Below, in pieces: positions 38,800 to 47,972 of a stretch of DNA of 64,000 nucleotides; positions within the stretch are counted from its first letter, which is position 1; every line of letters starts with the position of its first letter. The notes beneath the pieces are model-generated. The model saw only the letters and a program-made list of their open reading frames with translations. It was not told where the DNA came from and searched no databases. A program made the position numbers and the translations under genes. Source of the DNA: an uncultured Verrucomicrobiae bacterium (lineage in GTDB: Bacteria > Verrucomicrobiota > Verrucomicrobiia > Limisphaerales > UBA8199). The stretch lies in NCBI GenBank assembly GCA_963809845.1, contig CAWELO010000001.1, positions 461,742-525,741 on the forward strand. The letters are read 5' to 3'.

Positions 38800-39714
38800 A
38801 TGAAAACACCCCTGACGCTCCTGGTGCTGGCTGCCGGCATGGGCAGCCGCTACGGCGGACTCAAGCAACTCGATCCGGTGGGGCCGGGTGGCGAGACGCT
38901 GATGGATTATTCGATCTATGACGCGCTCCGCGCCGGATTCGACAAGCTGGTCTTCGTGATTCGGCGGGACCTCGAGCGCCCGTTCAAGGAAACCATTGGC
39001 CGCCGGTTTGAAGAGCGGATTCCGGTTGATTACGTCTATCAGGAACTCGACTGCCTGCCGCCCGGTTACGCGCCTCCGCCGCAGCGACGGAAGCCTTGGG
39101 GCACCGCCCATGCCATCCTGGTGGCCGCCGCCGCGGTGCGCGAGCCGTTCGCCGTGATCAACGCCGATGATTTTTACGGCCGGCAATCGTTCGGCGTCCT
39201 GGCCGCGCACCTGCGCGCTCCAACTTCGGACCAGGCGATGGTTGGTTTTATTCTGCGCAACACCCTATCCGATTTCGGGACCGTGGCCCGGGGCGTCTGC
39301 CGGGTGGGGCCGGCGGGTTTGCTCGAAAACGTGATCGAGTTGACAGGGATTGAACGCGATGGCCTCGGGGCCAAGTATGTGGATGGCACAGGGGCCACCC
39401 GAGCCTTGACGGGGGAGGAGATCGTCTCCCTCAACATGTGGGGCTTTCGTCCGCTGATCTTCGAACAACTGCAAACGGAATTTGCCACTTTTCTAAAAGA
39501 CCATGGCCAGGACGAAAAGGCGGAGTACTTCATTTCCTCGGTCGTCGGCTCCCTCGTCGGGCGAGACCAGGCCAGGGTCCAGGTGTTGCGCTCGCCCGAT
39601 TCCTGGTTCGGCATAACCTATCGGGATGATCGAACCACCGTGGTCGAGGGGATTCAACAGTTGATCCAGAAGGGAGAATACCCGAAACAGCTCTGGGCTG
39701 CGTCCGCTCGATAA
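38800..39714 (+). CDS. Sugar-phosphate nucleotidyltransferase
   Basis: LVLAAGMGSRYGGLKQLD, KPWGTAHA, VINADDFYG. Confidence 0.9.
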   Translation: MKTPLTLLVLAAGMGSRYGGLKQLDPVGPGGETLMDYSIYDALRAGFDKLVFVIRRDLERPFKETIGRRFEERIPVDYVYQELDCLPPGYAPPPQRRKPWGTAHAILVAAAAVREPFAVINADDFYGRQSFGVLAAHLRAPTSDQAMVGFILRNTLSDFGTVARGVCRVGPAGLLENVIELTGIERDGLGAKYVDGTGATRALTGEEIVSLNMWGFRPLIFEQLQTEFATFLKDHGQDEKAEYFISSVVGSLVGRDQARVQVLRSPDSWFGITYRDDRTTVVEGIQQLIQKGEYPKQLWAASAR

Positions 39715-40121
39715 ACGCCCAGGCGCGAGGGGAATTTGATCCGGGCGAACGACCCGAACGCGCAGATCAGTATTGTTGCGGACTACCAGGGACGGCGAAC
39801 CGAGAGTAGAATGACGGCCATGAACCCGCCCCATAAGGGGGACGGTTAGGCATTATACGCGGGTTCGAGGCGGGCTTCTAGACACAGGGGCTCGCCTTTT
39901 TATATCTCTACACGGAATTTGCAACGGCCGACCGCTGGGGACAGCGAGGCTCAAGCGCCAGCAATCGCGCGCCAACGCCGAGAAAGCTACCGCGGCATTT
40001 AACGTGGTCCAGCACGCGCAGAAAGCCCACCGAGGCCTCCGCACGTTTCAACGCGCTTGAGCCCACCCAAGCTTCGACCACCCGGCAACGCGCCCACGGT
40101 CTGAGAGCGCGTCTCGTGCGA

Positions 40122-41516
40122 TCAATATTCCCGGTCGCGGGTGATGCCGGGCATGGGGATGGGATACTTGCCGTCGGGGCCGGCCACCAGCGGCGCCGGC
40201 GAATCCATGGTCAACTTGTCCACACCCGGTGCGTACTCGTGGTCGCTGTTGAGCAGTTCGTCGAAGGTGATTTCCTGGCCGGTATGGGCCGCCTTGCGCC
40301 CCAGGCTGCTGACCAGACTGGCCTTCACTCCCCGTTCGACTTCGTTGTAAGGCTTGTCGTTGCGGATGGCCTCCATCAGGTCGTTCCATTCGTTATGGTA
40401 GGGATTCCGGTCCTCGGGCTTGACCTTGGACTCCCAAAGCATATTTGGCCGAGACAGGTTCTGGCCTTTAAATATCCGGGACGGAGGATCGCAGTCGTTG
40501 CTGTGCGAGACCACGGCGATGCCTTTGCTGCCGTGGGCGTAGCTGGAGTAAATGTCGTGGCACCCGTTCATGCAGCGGCCATCCATATACATTTTAGCTC
40601 CATCGGCGAAGGTGTATTCCACCGAGTAGGCATCGAAATTCTGATCGACGTAGGGCTCGCCGTCGGGATTCGTCTTGTAGTGTTTGCCACCGATGGCTTG
40701 GGCTTTAATCGGCCAGGCATTCTTCATCCAACAAAGGTGATCGACGTGATGGATATAAAAATCATTGAAGCAGCCGCCGCTGGCCCACAGGAAGCTGTGG
40801 AAGTTCCGGATTTGCCAGAGTAACTCGCTGGGATTTCCGGGCCACTTGGTCGTATAGGCCGAACCGGCCGGGCCGTGCATCCGATAACCGCGCAAGAGGA
40901 TGACATCTCCAATTTCACCATCCTGAATCCGCTGCTGCAATTCCTGCAGCACCCGGCTGTGCCGTGACATCAAGCCCACCCCAACCTTCAGGTTCTTGGC
41001 CGAGGCTTCCTCCGCCAGCTTGAGCATCCGGCGGGAGGTGGGGCCATCCGCCGTGAGCGGCTTTTCCATGAACACATTCAATCCTTTGGCAATGGCATAG
41101 GTAAAATGCACCCAGCGGAAAGCCAGCGGCGTGGTGAAGATCGCCACATCGCCGGGCTTGAGACAATCCATCGCCTTTTGGTAGGCATCGAACCCGATGA
41201 ATTTGCGGTCTTGGGGAACGTCCATCCGGTCGCTGTTCTGACGTTTGAGCGCATCAAAGCTGTTGTTCAGGCGGTTCTCGAAAACGTCCGCCATGGCCAC
41301 CAATTTCATGGGTCCGCCACTGCAATTCAGCGCGTCGTTGGCCGCCCCGGTACCACGACCGCCGCAGCCGATCAGGGCAATTTGGACGACATCCGTACTC
41401 GCGGCATGGACGCTGGGCAGGGCGACTCCGGCCAGGGCCGAAGCTGCGGCCAAACGGCCTGTGGTCTTGATAAATTCGCGTCGGGACGAAAGTGAATTCG
41501 ATGAGGATTCATTCAT
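40122..41516 (-). CDS. Tat-exported Gfo/Idh/MocA oxidoreductase
   Basis: SRREFIK Tat motif, IGCGGRG, VFMEKP. Confidence 0.92.
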   Translation of the reverse strand: MNESSSNSLSSRREFIKTTGRLAAASALAGVALPSVHAASTDVVQIALIGCGGRGTGAANDALNCSGGPMKLVAMADVFENRLNNSFDALKRQNSDRMDVPQDRKFIGFDAYQKAMDCLKPGDVAIFTTPLAFRWVHFTYAIAKGLNVFMEKPLTADGPTSRRMLKLAEEASAKNLKVGVGLMSRHSRVLQELQQRIQDGEIGDVILLRGYRMHGPAGSAYTTKWPGNPSELLWQIRNFHSFLWASGGCFNDFYIHHVDHLCWMKNAWPIKAQAIGGKHYKTNPDGEPYVDQNFDAYSVEYTFADGAKMYMDGRCMNGCHDIYSSYAHGSKGIAVVSHSNDCDPPSRIFKGQNLSRPNMLWESKVKPEDRNPYHNEWNDLMEAIRNDKPYNEVERGVKASLVSSLGRKAAHTGQEITFDELLNSDHEYAPGVDKLTMDSPAPLVAGPDGKYPIPMPGITRDREY

Positions 41517-41608
41517 GAAGGATATATTCCCGAGCTTTCTCAAAGGTTGTCAACACCGATTTTGAATGCGCTTGACTTCGGCTTCCGCGGCCTGTCCAAT
41601 CCGCCGCC

Positions 41609-41773
41609 ATGAGAACCCTGATTGGGGTTGTCTTCACAGCAGCTTTCGCCGGTGCCGCCACGTTCGTCTTGTTGAAGGTAATCGGCGCTCTGGTCGGCTT
41701 GCGTGTGACCGAGGAGGAAGAAAACATGGGCTTGGACCTCAGCCAGCACGGTGAGAGCGCCTACAACGACTAA
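41609..41773 (+). other. 54-aa ORF matching only the last TM helix and C-terminal tail of an Amt ammonium transporter
   Basis: Hand translation MRTLIGVVFTAAFAGAATFVLLKVIGALVGLRVTEEEENMGLDLSQHGESAYND*; in-frame TGA at 41573 upstream. Confidence 0.75.
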
Positions 41774-41925
41774 TGAGGCTCTCGAGCTTAGAACCGCTGC
41801 GGGTTGTGCGCTTCGCGCGGCGGCGAGAGTGGACATGCGTCCGAGAAAACGCCGGGCGCCGTGCCGCAGGTCCGGCGAACGTTGACTTGGTCATAATGTG
41901 TTTTAGAGTTCAAGGATTCTAGCGC

Positions 41926-42378
41926 ATGCGTGCGGTGATCCAGCGAGTCACAGCGGCCGAAGTCTGCATCGACTCGGTCGTAAAGGGCGCCATCGGGCAG
42001 GGCTTGCTGGCCCTGGTGGCAATCGAGGAGCCGGACTCGGCGGAGGATATCGAATGGTTGAGCGGGAAGATCGCGCGGCTGCGGGTGTTCGACGACGACG
42101 CCGGGGTAATGAACCGCTCGGTGGTGGACGTGCGGGGAGGTGTGCTGGTGGTGAGCCAGTTCACCCTGTTCGCCAGCACGAAAAAGGGCAACCGGCCTTC
42201 CTACAGCCGATCGGCGCGGCCTGAAGTCGCGCGTCCTCTTTACGAACAGTTTCTCTCTCGTCTTGCCGTCGAGTTGGGCAGCCCGGTTCAGACCGGCGAA
42301 TTCGGGGCGCACATGGTGGTCCGGCTGACCAACGATGGCCCGGTGACGATCCTCATCGACTCGAAACTGCGCGAATAG
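41926..42378 (+). CDS. dtd: D-aminoacyl-tRNA deacylase
   Basis: MRAVIQRV, SQFTL, KGNRP, NDGPVT. Confidence 0.97.
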   Translation: MRAVIQRVTAAEVCIDSVVKGAIGQGLLALVAIEEPDSAEDIEWLSGKIARLRVFDDDAGVMNRSVVDVRGGVLVVSQFTLFASTKKGNRPSYSRSARPEVARPLYEQFLSRLAVELGSPVQTGEFGAHMVVRLTNDGPVTILIDSKLRE

Positions 42379-42649
42379 GCGGCTCGATCCGCGATGGAGC
42401 CGCTCCGGCTCGATTTTGAACAAAGAGAAAAGAACTCGCAAAGCGCCGGCCAGGAGCTCATCGGCCTTTCGAGACTGAAGCCGTTCGGCGCGGGGTCCGC
42501 CCTCCCATCCGGTGATCCGCGTTCGACCGACCACCAGACGGGGAAGGCTGCGGGAGCCAATGGGGCGTTGAGCGGGGAGCCGCCGGTGGGTTAACCCCAC
42601 ACCCCTTGAGGCCAAAATCAGGCCCGGCCCATACTCAGCCCGGGAGCTG

Positions 42650-43258
42650 TCAAGCGGGGTGTTGGGGGTTTTGGAGACGCGCCCATTCACGGATCTGGGC
42701 CTCGGCGACTTTCGCCAGCGGCAACAGGCGCTTTCTAGCCTCGGCCCAGTCCTCGGGCAGCAGGAGGAACAAGCACTGATCCACGGCTTTGCCACCAATG
42801 ACTTGGTCCGCCTTTGCCACGCCGGTTGGGCGCATGCCCAGCTTGCGGTTGAGGGAGAGCACGGCCAGATTCGTCGAAACCGTTTTTACGCGAAGCTCCT
42901 TCAACCCGAGGGGACCAAAGGCCAGGTCCAGCCCCAGAACGGCGCTGGGTATGGCCGCGGGAACCTGGGGCCGAACAATCCAGCGCCCGGACTCCGCGCT
43001 CGGGCCAAGGAATCCCCAGAATCCGTAGGTGCCCAGCGGATGGTGGCCATCCTCAGTTTCGATCAGAAAATAATAATCGTCCGGACGATCGAAATACTGT
43101 TGAAGCCAAGCCTCCTGGCTGGCCACGTCAGTGGCTGAATCACCCACGCGTCCCTTGGCCCGATCCAAATTGCGCAGCCAAACGATAAAGGCCGCGTCTT
43201 CGAACCGAACCGGGCGCAGCGTCAACCCAAATCCGGTCGCTTCTAGTGTGTGCCGCAT
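42650..43258 (-). CDS. GNAT (RimJ/RimL-type) N-acetyltransferase
   Basis: LTLRPVRFEDAAFIVWLRN, AESGRW, NLAVLSLNRKLG. Confidence 0.82.
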   Translation of the reverse strand: MRHTLEATGFGLTLRPVRFEDAAFIVWLRNLDRAKGRVGDSATDVASQEAWLQQYFDRPDDYYFLIETEDGHHPLGTYGFWGFLGPSAESGRWIVRPQVPAAIPSAVLGLDLAFGPLGLKELRVKTVSTNLAVLSLNRKLGMRPTGVAKADQVIGGKAVDQCLFLLLPEDWAEARKRLLPLAKVAEAQIREWARLQNPQHPA

Positions 43259-43453
43259 CCGTTTGCCTTTATTGGTGGCTTACCCTGTAACATGTGTCAG
43301 CCGGGGTTCTTACCGCCGGGCGGCCCCGAAGTCAAGGGTTTCGTGGTTTCGGATGCGGAGGCCGGTCCGCTCGAACGCTATGAGCGATTTGACCGAGCCC
43401 GACCTCCCGGTTCGAACGCTGGCGCCCGGGGGCAAGTCGGGCTACTGTGGCCC

Positions 43454-44512
43454 ATGGTTTTCCTGGGATTGGGGACGGCGACTCCGCCGCGCCGCTACAC
43501 GCAAAACGAATGCTGGGAGGCGGCCCAAAAGGCCAAACAGTTCGACCAACTCACCTCGCGCTCGCGGGCCATTCTTAGGAAAATTCTCACCGGGAGCAAT
43601 GGGATTTCGAGCCGGCACCTGGCGTTGGATGATATGTGCGAAGCTTTCGATCTGACGCCCGATGCGCTGCACGCGCGATTCGCCCAGCACGCGCCGCGGT
43701 TGGCGGCCCAAGCCGCCGACCGGGCGTTGACGGACTCCGGCGAGAATCCGGAGGCCATCGATGCGCTGATCGTCAGCACCTGCACCGGTTACCTCTGCCC
43801 GGGGTTGACGAGTTACCTCGTCGAGGGATTGGGGTTGCGCCCCGAAATCCTCGCGTTGGATCTGGTAGGACAAGGCTGTGGAGCCGCTGTGCCGAACTTG
43901 CGCACGGCGGAAGCCCTGTTGCGCTCGGGCCGCTGCGCGCGCGTGCTCTCGGTCTGTGTCGAGGTCTGCAGCGCCGCATTTTACCTCGATAACGATCCCG
44001 GCGTGCTGGTCAGCGCCTGCCTTTTTGGCGACGGCGCCGGCGCGGCGGTGCTCGCGCGTGAACCCAACGGCCACCGGCGAATCGAATGGAAAGCCAGCGG
44101 CACCCGGATGAACCCATGCGACCGGGATCTTCTGCGTTTCGAACAGAAGCAGGGAATGCTGCGGAACCTGCTTTCGCCCGAGGTGCCGCGGAGGGCGGCG
44201 GACCAGGTTGCCCGAGTGCTGGACCAGGTGCTGCAAGCGGCGGGGGTGGACCGAGGCGAACTGGCCGCTTGGATTTTGCACCCGGGCGGGCGGGACGTTC
44301 TGCTGGCCATTAAGGAACGCGTGGGGTTGCGTGACGAGGACTTGCGCTGGAGTGCCGCGGTGCTCGAGGAGTATGGCAATCTGAGCAGTCCCTCCCTGTT
44401 CTTCGTGCTGCAAGCGGCCCTGGCGGGAGCCGCCCCGGGCGGCCATTGGTGGCTCTCGTCTTTTGGAGCGGGGTTTAGCGCACACGGGGTGCTCGTGGAA
44501 GTGGGGCGTTAG
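43454..44512 (+). CDS. Type III polyketide synthase (chalcone/stilbene synthase family)
   Basis: Triad motifs GQGCG, LHPGG and YGNLSS; LFGDGAGA; FGAGF. Confidence 0.93.
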   Translation: MVFLGLGTATPPRRYTQNECWEAAQKAKQFDQLTSRSRAILRKILTGSNGISSRHLALDDMCEAFDLTPDALHARFAQHAPRLAAQAADRALTDSGENPEAIDALIVSTCTGYLCPGLTSYLVEGLGLRPEILALDLVGQGCGAAVPNLRTAEALLRSGRCARVLSVCVEVCSAAFYLDNDPGVLVSACLFGDGAGAAVLAREPNGHRRIEWKASGTRMNPCDRDLLRFEQKQGMLRNLLSPEVPRRAADQVARVLDQVLQAAGVDRGELAAWILHPGGRDVLLAIKERVGLRDEDLRWSAAVLEEYGNLSSPSLFFVLQAALAGAAPGGHWWLSSFGAGFSAHGVLVEVGR

Positions 44513-44554
44513 ACGTGAAACGTAAAACGTAAAACGTAATGCGTAATGCGTGAA
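44513..44554. repeat. Six tandem degenerate heptamers (RCGTRAW)
   Basis: acgtgaa acgtaaa acgtaaa acgtaat gcgtaat gcgtgaa. Confidence 0.8.
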
Positions 44555-44589
44555 GAACGTGAGGCGCAGGGGTGCGCGGGAGATCTGTG

Positions 44590-45717
44590 ATGAGAACGGG
44601 AGGTCCAAAGCCGGTGGTCATTGTGGGAGGCGGGTTGGCGGGTCTGACGCTGGGGATTGGGCTGCGTCAACGAGGCGTGCCCGTTACCGTTTGGGAAGCC
44701 GGCCACTACCCGCGTCACAAGGTGTGCGGGGAATTCATTAGCGGACGAGGGCAAGCCGTGCTGGCCAGGATGGGCTTGGCGGATCTGCTGATCCAGGCGG
44801 GAGCGGTTTATTCCAGGGACGCCAGGTTTTTTGCCGGCGGAAGAAGTGGACCGGTCCGGGTCTTGCATCCGCCGGCGATCAGCCTCTCACGGTATGTTCT
44901 GGACGCGGTCCTCGCTCGCCGTTTTCGGGAGTGCGGAGGAGAGTTGCTCGAAGACAGTCACTGGCAGGGTGGGTATGGCCAGGGCATCGTGCGGGCTTCG
45001 GGGCGGTGTTTGCAGGTGGTCGAGGACAACTGGCGCTGGTTTGGATTAAAGATCCATGCCCGGAACGTAGCACTCACTGCCGACCTGGAAATCCATGGCC
45101 TGCCCGACGGCTACGTCGGCCTCTCGCGATTGGCCGGTGACGTGGTCAACCTTTGCGGGTTGTTCCGGCGGAGAAGTCCCACCGCCCCTCCTGGGCGCGG
45201 CCCCAGCGTCGCTCAGCCGCCAAAACTTCCGACAGTGTCCAGTTCGAAGGGACACGCACCCGCTTCCCGTGAAGCGCACTGGAAGGACATCTTGCGCGGG
45301 CCCGCAGGCACCCTGCTCCATGCGCGATTGGACCAGGCGATCCTCGATGCGGATTCCTTTTGCTCGGTCGCCGGGTTGGGGCTGCGGCCACGAAGGGCAG
45401 GCGGGCAGGCTGAATGCCGAATTGGCGACGCGCTGACGATGACCCCGCCGGTGACAGGAAATGGCATGTCGATGGCCTTTGAAGCGGCCGAACTGGCCGT
45501 GGGACCGCTCGCGGGATACAGCCGGTCCGAACTGCCTTGGAACTCCGCCCAGCGGGCCATCGCCCGCGCTTGCGACCTCGCGTTCACGCGCCGGCTTGCC
45601 TGGGCAAATTGCCTGCAGCGGCTCATGTTCGCGCCCGTGGCTCAAAGTCCTTTTGGCGCTCTGGTCCTGAATTCCGGCTTGCTCTGGCGTTTTTTGTTTG
45701 CCAAAACCCGCTCATGA
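44590..45717 (+). CDS. FAD-dependent oxidoreductase
   Basis: IVGGGLAG, PRHKVCGEFIS, IGDA...PVTGNGMSMA. Confidence 0.88.
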   Translation: MRTGGPKPVVIVGGGLAGLTLGIGLRQRGVPVTVWEAGHYPRHKVCGEFISGRGQAVLARMGLADLLIQAGAVYSRDARFFAGGRSGPVRVLHPPAISLSRYVLDAVLARRFRECGGELLEDSHWQGGYGQGIVRASGRCLQVVEDNWRWFGLKIHARNVALTADLEIHGLPDGYVGLSRLAGDVVNLCGLFRRRSPTAPPGRGPSVAQPPKLPTVSSSKGHAPASREAHWKDILRGPAGTLLHARLDQAILDADSFCSVAGLGLRPRRAGGQAECRIGDALTMTPPVTGNGMSMAFEAAELAVGPLAGYSRSELPWNSAQRAIARACDLAFTRRLAWANCLQRLMFAPVAQSPFGALVLNSGLLWRFLFAKTRS

Positions 45718-46364
45718 AATCGCTGTCGGATTGCCGCTTATATGCCTTCGTGGATGTCTCCTATCTGCATGGCCGGCAGCCCGAGGCGGTGGCAAAAGCA
45801 CTTTGTGACGGCGGGGCCGATTTGATCCAACTCCGAGCCAAGCAATCCGGCGTGGAAGAAATTCTCCCCATGGCCGAGTGCCTCCTGAGAATTACCCGGG
45901 AAGCCGGGGTCCGATTGGTTGTCAACGACCATCCGGCGATCGCTGCGGAGATCGGAGCCGATTACTGTCATTTGGGCCAGGAGGATTTCTTTGACGCCGG
46001 CTACTCGGTCGCCGCGGATTTGCGCCGGGCCCATGGGGTCAGACCCGGCACCGGCCTGGGTCTGAGCACGCACGCTCCGGCCCAGGCGCTACGCGCCGTG
46101 GCGGCCGGGCCGGACTACATCGCCATCGGCCCGGTCTATGCCACCGGCACCAAACCGGACGCGAAACCCGTCACCCTGGATTACGTCCGTTGGGCCGCCG
46201 CGAACGTCCAGATTCCCTGGTTCGCCATTGGCGGAATCAATTTGGAAAACGTGGATGCGGTGCTCGCCGCCGGGGCCAGCCGAATCTGCGTGGTTTCGGC
46301 CATCTTAAATGCCCCGGACATTGCGAAGGCCTGCCGCCGGTTCCGGCAGCATCTGAAGGCCTGA
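45714..46364 (+). CDS. thiE: Thiamine-phosphate synthase
   Basis: IQLRAK, VND, HLGQED, GLSTH, GPVYATGTKP, AIGGI. Confidence 0.95.
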   Translation: MKSLSDCRLYAFVDVSYLHGRQPEAVAKALCDGGADLIQLRAKQSGVEEILPMAECLLRITREAGVRLVVNDHPAIAAEIGADYCHLGQEDFFDAGYSVAADLRRAHGVRPGTGLGLSTHAPAQALRAVAAGPDYIAIGPVYATGTKPDAKPVTLDYVRWAAANVQIPWFAIGGINLENVDAVLAAGASRICVVSAILNAPDIAKACRRFRQHLKA

Positions 46365-46490
46365 ACCCAGCGAGGCGAATCCGCGCGCCACGGCTCACGC
46401 TGCGTGTCGTTTGCGGCGAATTTCCATTGCGGTGAAGGCAGCCTGTTCCTTAATTTCAGCCCGCATTCGAATTGAATCGGTTGATTGTTT

Positions 46491-47391
46491 ATGAGTGTTT
46501 TGATTGTGGGCTCGACGGCGTTGGATTCGATAAAGACTCCCAAGGCGGAGAATCCGAAGCTCCTGGGCGGCTCCGCCAGCCACGCCGCGGTGGCGGCCAG
46601 CTTTTTCAGCCCGGTGCGGCTGGTCGGGGTGGTGGGGGACGATTTTCCCAAGCGTTATCTGCGGTTGTACCAACGCCACCGGATCGACCTGGAGGGCCTC
46701 CAAATCCTGCCGGGCAAGACCTTCCATTGGTCCGGCGAATACGAGGCCAACATGAACAACCGCCGCACGCTGCTCGACCGAATTGGGCGTGTTCGAAACG
46801 TTTACCCCCACCTTGCCCAACTCGCATCAGAATTCGGCTTTTGTCCTGCTGGCCAATATCGCGCCGGCCCTGCAAATCCATGTGCTCAACCAGATGCGGC
46901 GTCCCAAGTTTGTGGCGGCCGACACGATGGATCTGTGGTTGAACATCGCTTTGCCAGACTTACTCAAGCTGCTCAAGCGCCTGGACTGTTTCGTTCTCAA
47001 CGACAGCGAAGCCCATCAATTGACAAAAGAAGACAACGTCTTCACGGCGCTTAAGAAGATTCACAAGCTGGGCCCCACATACGTGATCATCAAGAAAGGC
47101 TCCCATGGCTCTCTGCTTTCCGGCCCCCAGGGATTCTTCATCTGCCCGGCTTATCCGCTGCAAAAGGTGGTCGACCCAACCGGGGCGGGGGATTCGTTTG
47201 TCGGCGGGTTGATGGGCTATCTGGCCACCGCCAAAGGCCGCCTCGAAGCGAACCTGCGGCGCGCGATGATTTACGGCAGCGTCGTCGCGTCTTTCTGCTG
47301 CGAAGGCTTTGGTTTGACCCGCACGACCCGGATCACCCGGGCTCAAATCGAGCAGCGGGCCAGGGAGTTGCAGGCGCTCACCCGGTTCTGA
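46491..47391 (+). CDS. PfkB-family carbohydrate kinase, frameshifted near 46776
   Basis: N-part GGSASH...VGVVGDDF; C-part DPTGAGDSF. One extra base in RRTLL/TELGVF. Confidence 0.88.
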
Positions 47392-47482
47392 TCCTCCCCT
47401 ACTTCGACCTTGACCCCTCGGTCCCGCAGGGGCAGTGTCTGCTTGAATTGGGCATCGCCCAAATCCAACACAAGGTAGCAGC

Positions 47483-47776
47483 ATGGCAAAGCAGAAGACG
47501 GCGAAACAGAAGGTGACGTTCGCTTACGCGGCGCCGGAGGCGCAAAGTGTGATGCTGGTTGGCGACTTTACCGGCTGGCAGCAGGCCCCGCTCGAACTCA
47601 AAAAGGATAAAAAGGGTCTTTGGAAAATGAGCGTTTCTCTCCCCCCGGGTCGATATGAATACCGGCTGCTGGTGGATGGCCAATGGCGGGACGACCCGCA
47701 ATGCCCCAACCATCAGCAGAATCAGTTCGGCGGCCAAAACTGTGTCTGCATTGTCGATGGCGTCGCCACGAGCTGA
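47483..47776 (+). CDS. Glycogen-binding (CBM48/AMPK-beta-like) domain protein
   Basis: VMLVGDFTGW, LPPGRYEYRLLVDGQWRDDP, NQFGGQN. Confidence 0.9.
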   Translation: MAKQKTAKQKVTFAYAAPEAQSVMLVGDFTGWQQAPLELKKDKKGLWKMSVSLPPGRYEYRLLVDGQWRDDPQCPNHQQNQFGGQNCVCIVDGVATS

Positions 47777-47972
47777 CGGCCTCAATCTCCGCCTCAGCCG
47801 CGAGGCATTCCCGGCCGGAAGGTCGGTGCCGACAACGTCTCCAACTCCGCGGCCGAGACGATGACTTCCTGGTGACGGACAGCGACGTCGTCCGAAGCCC
47901 AGCGATAGATGCCGCACTGACGCCGGCCCCACGAGTTCTGATCCACGCCCGGGCTTGGTTGGCCGTGGTTGC

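Noticed and set aside
39715-40121. Possible ncRNA or attC site in the convergent intergenic region
   Set aside because: Only a short GAACCCGC/GCGGGTTC stem and a lone GTTAGGC; no recognisable family structure.
42394-42594. 66-aa ORF downstream of dtd
   Set aside because: No motif and weak coding signal; cannot be supported from sequence alone.
45660-45713. TPP riboswitch upstream of thiE
   Set aside because: thiE overlaps the upstream stop codon, leaving no leader, and no TPP motif is visible.
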